DNA of 32,000 nt, taken from positions 2,160,001 to 2,192,000 of the forward strand of contig NZ_CP019633.1 of NCBI RefSeq assembly GCF_001997385.1. The letters run 5' to 3'. The position numbers and the translations under genes were made by a program. This stretch comes from Sedimentisphaera cyanobacteriorum. Lineage in GTDB: Bacteria > Planctomycetota > Phycisphaerae > Sedimentisphaerales > Sedimentisphaeraceae. Each line of letters starts with the position of its first letter. Positions within the stretch are counted from its first letter, which is position 1. The notes below the pieces were generated by a model that saw only the letters and a program-made list of their open reading frames with translations, did not search any database and was not told where the DNA came from. Positions 26,730 to 32,000 of the stretch are shown piece after piece.

Positions 26730-26927
26730 TTTCACCCGCCGAAAAACCTTCCGAAATAGGGTTTGTAGTGCCTGCGCAAAAAATCGAGTCCTTTATTGAC
26801 ATGGACTTATGAAAATTTACCGCCGAAGTCAGGAAACCACAAAACGTTTGCTGTTTCTCCATCTCATCCTGCGAATCCTGTTAATCCTGTCCAATATCTT
26901 GCATTTCTCCGATAACTCCGATACCTC

Positions 26928-27211
26928 TCCGCCTGCGGCGGACAGGCTCAATGTTTAACATCCCCCGTACTACAGCGGAGTCCGCCGCGGCGGACCCACT
27001 AGCATTCTTTTCGCTTACCGCCGGCTCTTCACGTTTCGCTATCCTAGCGGGGAGCTTGCGCTCCTCCGCTGTGTGCCGCCGGCTTATTGCGTTGAGGGAT
27101 GATTTTTCATATTACAGCGGTGCGGCACAAGCCGCCCGCTAAGCCGACACAACGAATAGACTCTTCATATTACAGCACCGTTCGCCGTGGCGGACCCGCT
27201 AAGCATTCTTT
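26928..27211. repeat. Cluster of REP-like hairpins and 2-3 direct copies of a ~50-bp unit
   Basis: Hairpins: TCCGCC-tgc-GGCGGA (26928-26942), the perfect 14-nt palindrome TCCGCCGCGGCGGA (26981-26994), GCGGC-acaa-GCCGC (about 27122-27135) and TTCGCCgtGGCGGA (about 27181-27194). Direct repeats: CATATTACAGC twice, and GGCGGACCC(A/G)CTA(A)GCATTCTTTT twice. Confidence 0.75.
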
Positions 27212-27236
27212 TAGAAAAGATTTTTCGCTTATGATT

Positions 27237-27271
27237 TTGCCACTCGCAACTCGCCACTTGCCACTCGCCGC
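27237..27271. repeat. Tandem heptamer array, 5 x (reverse complement of GTGGCRA)
   Basis: TTGCCAC TCGCAAC TCGCCAC TTGCCAC TCGCCGC. The adjoining ATGATTTTGCCAC (27231-27243) is the exact reverse complement of GTGGCAAAATCAT at 24865-24877. Confidence 0.9.
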
Positions 27272-27326
27272 TAATCTTCACTAATTCCAATAAAATATCA
27301 TTTTTTCGTGGTATAATCCAAATAAA

Positions 27327-27409
27327 ATCTGTGGCATCAGCGGGAATCTGTGGATAATAATTTCATCAAAACCATATCCCCTTCGTGTGTTTCAAGGCCT
27401 TCGTAGTAA
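27327..27409. repeat. Right (inverted) copy of the ~80-bp repeat module
   Basis: It is the reverse complement of 24533-24614 with an exact 25-mer core (27369-27393). A related unit GCGGGAATCTG(T/C)GGA recurs at about 27341 and 27423. Confidence 0.85.
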
Positions 27410-27511
27410 ATCAAACAAACCTGCGGGAATCTGCGGAGTAAAAATTGGTAACTGTCCCCTATTTGTTAAAATCTGCGAAATCTTTGATGTCAATCATTTG
27501 AATCCGAGCAT

Positions 27512-27544
27512 AAAAAAAGGACGCCCCGTTTTGAGGCGTCCTTT
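27512..27544 (-). terminator. Rho-independent terminator of the beta-galactosidase gene
   Basis: AAAGGACGCC (27516-27525) pairs with GGCGTCCTTT (27535-27544). On the minus strand the hairpin is followed by a T7 run (plus-strand A7 at 27512-27518). Confidence 0.75.
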
Positions 27545-27566
27545 GCGATTGCTATTTTTTTGAGAT

Positions 27567-31339
<3,773 letters not shown>

Positions 31340-31367
31340 TTCTCACTTAGGTTGTAAAATAAATACA

Positions 31368-31392
31368 ATTTTTTGGGCGGGTAATTTGTTTT
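31368..31392. repeat. Third-locus copy of the intergenic repeat family
   Basis: ATTTTTTGGGCGGGTAATTTGTTTT (31368-31392) is the exact reverse complement of 24710-24734. It is followed by CGAAGG/CGAAG-containing sequence, as at the first locus. Confidence 0.85.
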
Positions 31393-31599
31393 AAAATACG
31401 AAGGACACCAATGGCACGAAGAATTTTTATGGCAGGATTTGAGAATATTTTGTATAGCTATAAAGCCCTGCTATTAAAGTTTTTACGGATGATTTTGAAT
31501 AAAAATGATTTTATTTTTTATTTTTTTCTCGTTCTTTTAATCAAATCGACTTATAATTAAATAAACATTAACAACCATTAATTTTTTAGGGTAATCAAA

Positions 31600-32000
31600 A
31601 TGAAATGGTTCATCTCGCTTATTGTATTGGCAAGTTTTTCTCTGTGTTCATTTGTTTACGCGTATGACATTATAGACCCATCATATCTTTCGCCAGAAGA
31701 CGCAACTCTTGAGGGTCAGGATGTTGTAATCAAAGACGGAGGAATTCTGGAAACAGCCGGAGAGCACAGCTTTGCAAGCCTCCATATCGAAAACGGGGGC
31801 GTTCTCACTCATCCTGAAGGCGATTTGCCGGAAAACAAAATCGACCTGACAATTGCCGGCGATGTTACAATAGACTCCGGCGCAGTGATCAACGTTAGCG
31901 GGAAAGGCTATCCATCTCAAAGCGGCCCGGGTGCAGGCACTGGCACAAGAAATGATTCTCAAGGCGGGGGGGGGAGGCGGCGCCTACGGAGGCAATGGCG
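31600..32000 (+). CDS. Secreted glycine-rich beta-helix/adhesin-like protein, 5' part (continues beyond the window; frame uncertain after the G9 tract)
   Basis: ATG at 31600 with signal peptide MKWFISLIVLASFSLCSFVYA. It continues ...VVIKDGGILETAGEHSFASLHIENGGVLTHPEG...LTIAGDVTIDSGAVINVSGKGYPSQSGPGAGTG, i.e. short beta-helix-like turns. It is not in the ORF track because it is open-ended. Confidence 0.6.
   Translation, partial: MKWFISLIVLASFSLCSFVYAYDIIDPSYLSPEDATLEGQDVVIKDGGILETAGEHSFASLHIENGGVLTHPEGDLPENKIDLTIAGDVTIDSGAVINVSGKGYPSQSGPGAGTGTRNDSQGGGGRRRLRRQW

Larger units (their letters stand above)
24959..26836 (+). mobile_element. IS1634-family (IS4 superfamily) insertion sequence, about 1.88 kb
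   Basis: Perfect terminal inverted repeats: CCTGACTTCGGCGGTA at 24962-24977 and TACCGCCGAAGTCAGG at 26818-26833, extendable to 19 bp with TTT/AAA. They enclose a single 540-aa DDE transposase gene. Confidence 0.85.

Noticed and set aside
25040-26780. Shared GTAGTGCCT motif near both IS ends (about 25049-25057 and 26766-26774) as extra terminal repeats
   Set aside because: The two copies are in direct, not inverted, orientation and are only 9 nt long. They may be subterminal binding sites or chance, and are not reportable as a feature.
24533-27409. Composite transposon or invertible (shufflon-like) segment defined by the inverted arms
   Set aside because: No recombinase or invertase lies between the arms. 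The only gene there is the IS transposase, which has its own perfect ends. The same modules occur at a third locus (31368-31392), so the arms are better explained as dispersed repeat copies.
31681-31962. 93-aa minus-strand ORF
   Set aside because: It lies entirely antisense to the signal-peptide-bearing plus-strand gene that starts at 31600, and its product is Cys/Ala-rich with no motif.

Overview
This 32-kb chromosomal window most likely comes from a PVC-superphylum bacterium (Planctomycetota/Phycisphaerae-, Kiritimatiellota- or Lentisphaerota-like). That is an inference from an H-X9-DG/DUF1559-type pseudopilin, Tat-exported sulfatases and a dockerin-like module in a giant secreted protein. 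Left to right: (i) a visibly AT-rich DarT-DarG toxin-antitoxin/anti-phage cassette cut by the window edge, then a stand-alone leuD. (ii) A pseudopilin gene followed by a tightly packed five-gene plus-strand operon, which reads as a sulfated-glycan degradation locus. It encodes a metallophosphoesterase-LamG fusion, two sulfatases, a 539-aa beta-helix protein and a 1550-aa protein (FG-GAP, unassigned core, dockerin-like, beta-helix) whose C-terminal third is a paralogue of the preceding gene. (iii) A minus-strand tetR-OMF-MFP-RND efflux operon. (iv) gltX and a YibE/F-like membrane protein. (v) A 3.1-kb convergent intergenic region packed with a modular REP/BIME-like repeat family (inverted ~80-bp arms, GTGGCRA heptamer arrays, TCCGCC-N-GGCGGA hairpins), carrying an IS1634-family insertion sequence. 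(vi) A secreted GH2 beta-galactosidase. (vii) An AT-rich islet with an orphan 122-aa ORF and another repeat copy. (viii) The 5' end of a secreted glycine-rich beta-helix/adhesin-like gene with a G9 homopolymer at a point where the reading frame appears to shift. I saw no rRNA, tRNA or CRISPR array. I do not see an unambiguous new multi-gene system. The most novel-looking items are the giant modular protein with an unassignable ~500-aa core, the repeat mosaic and the G9 tract.
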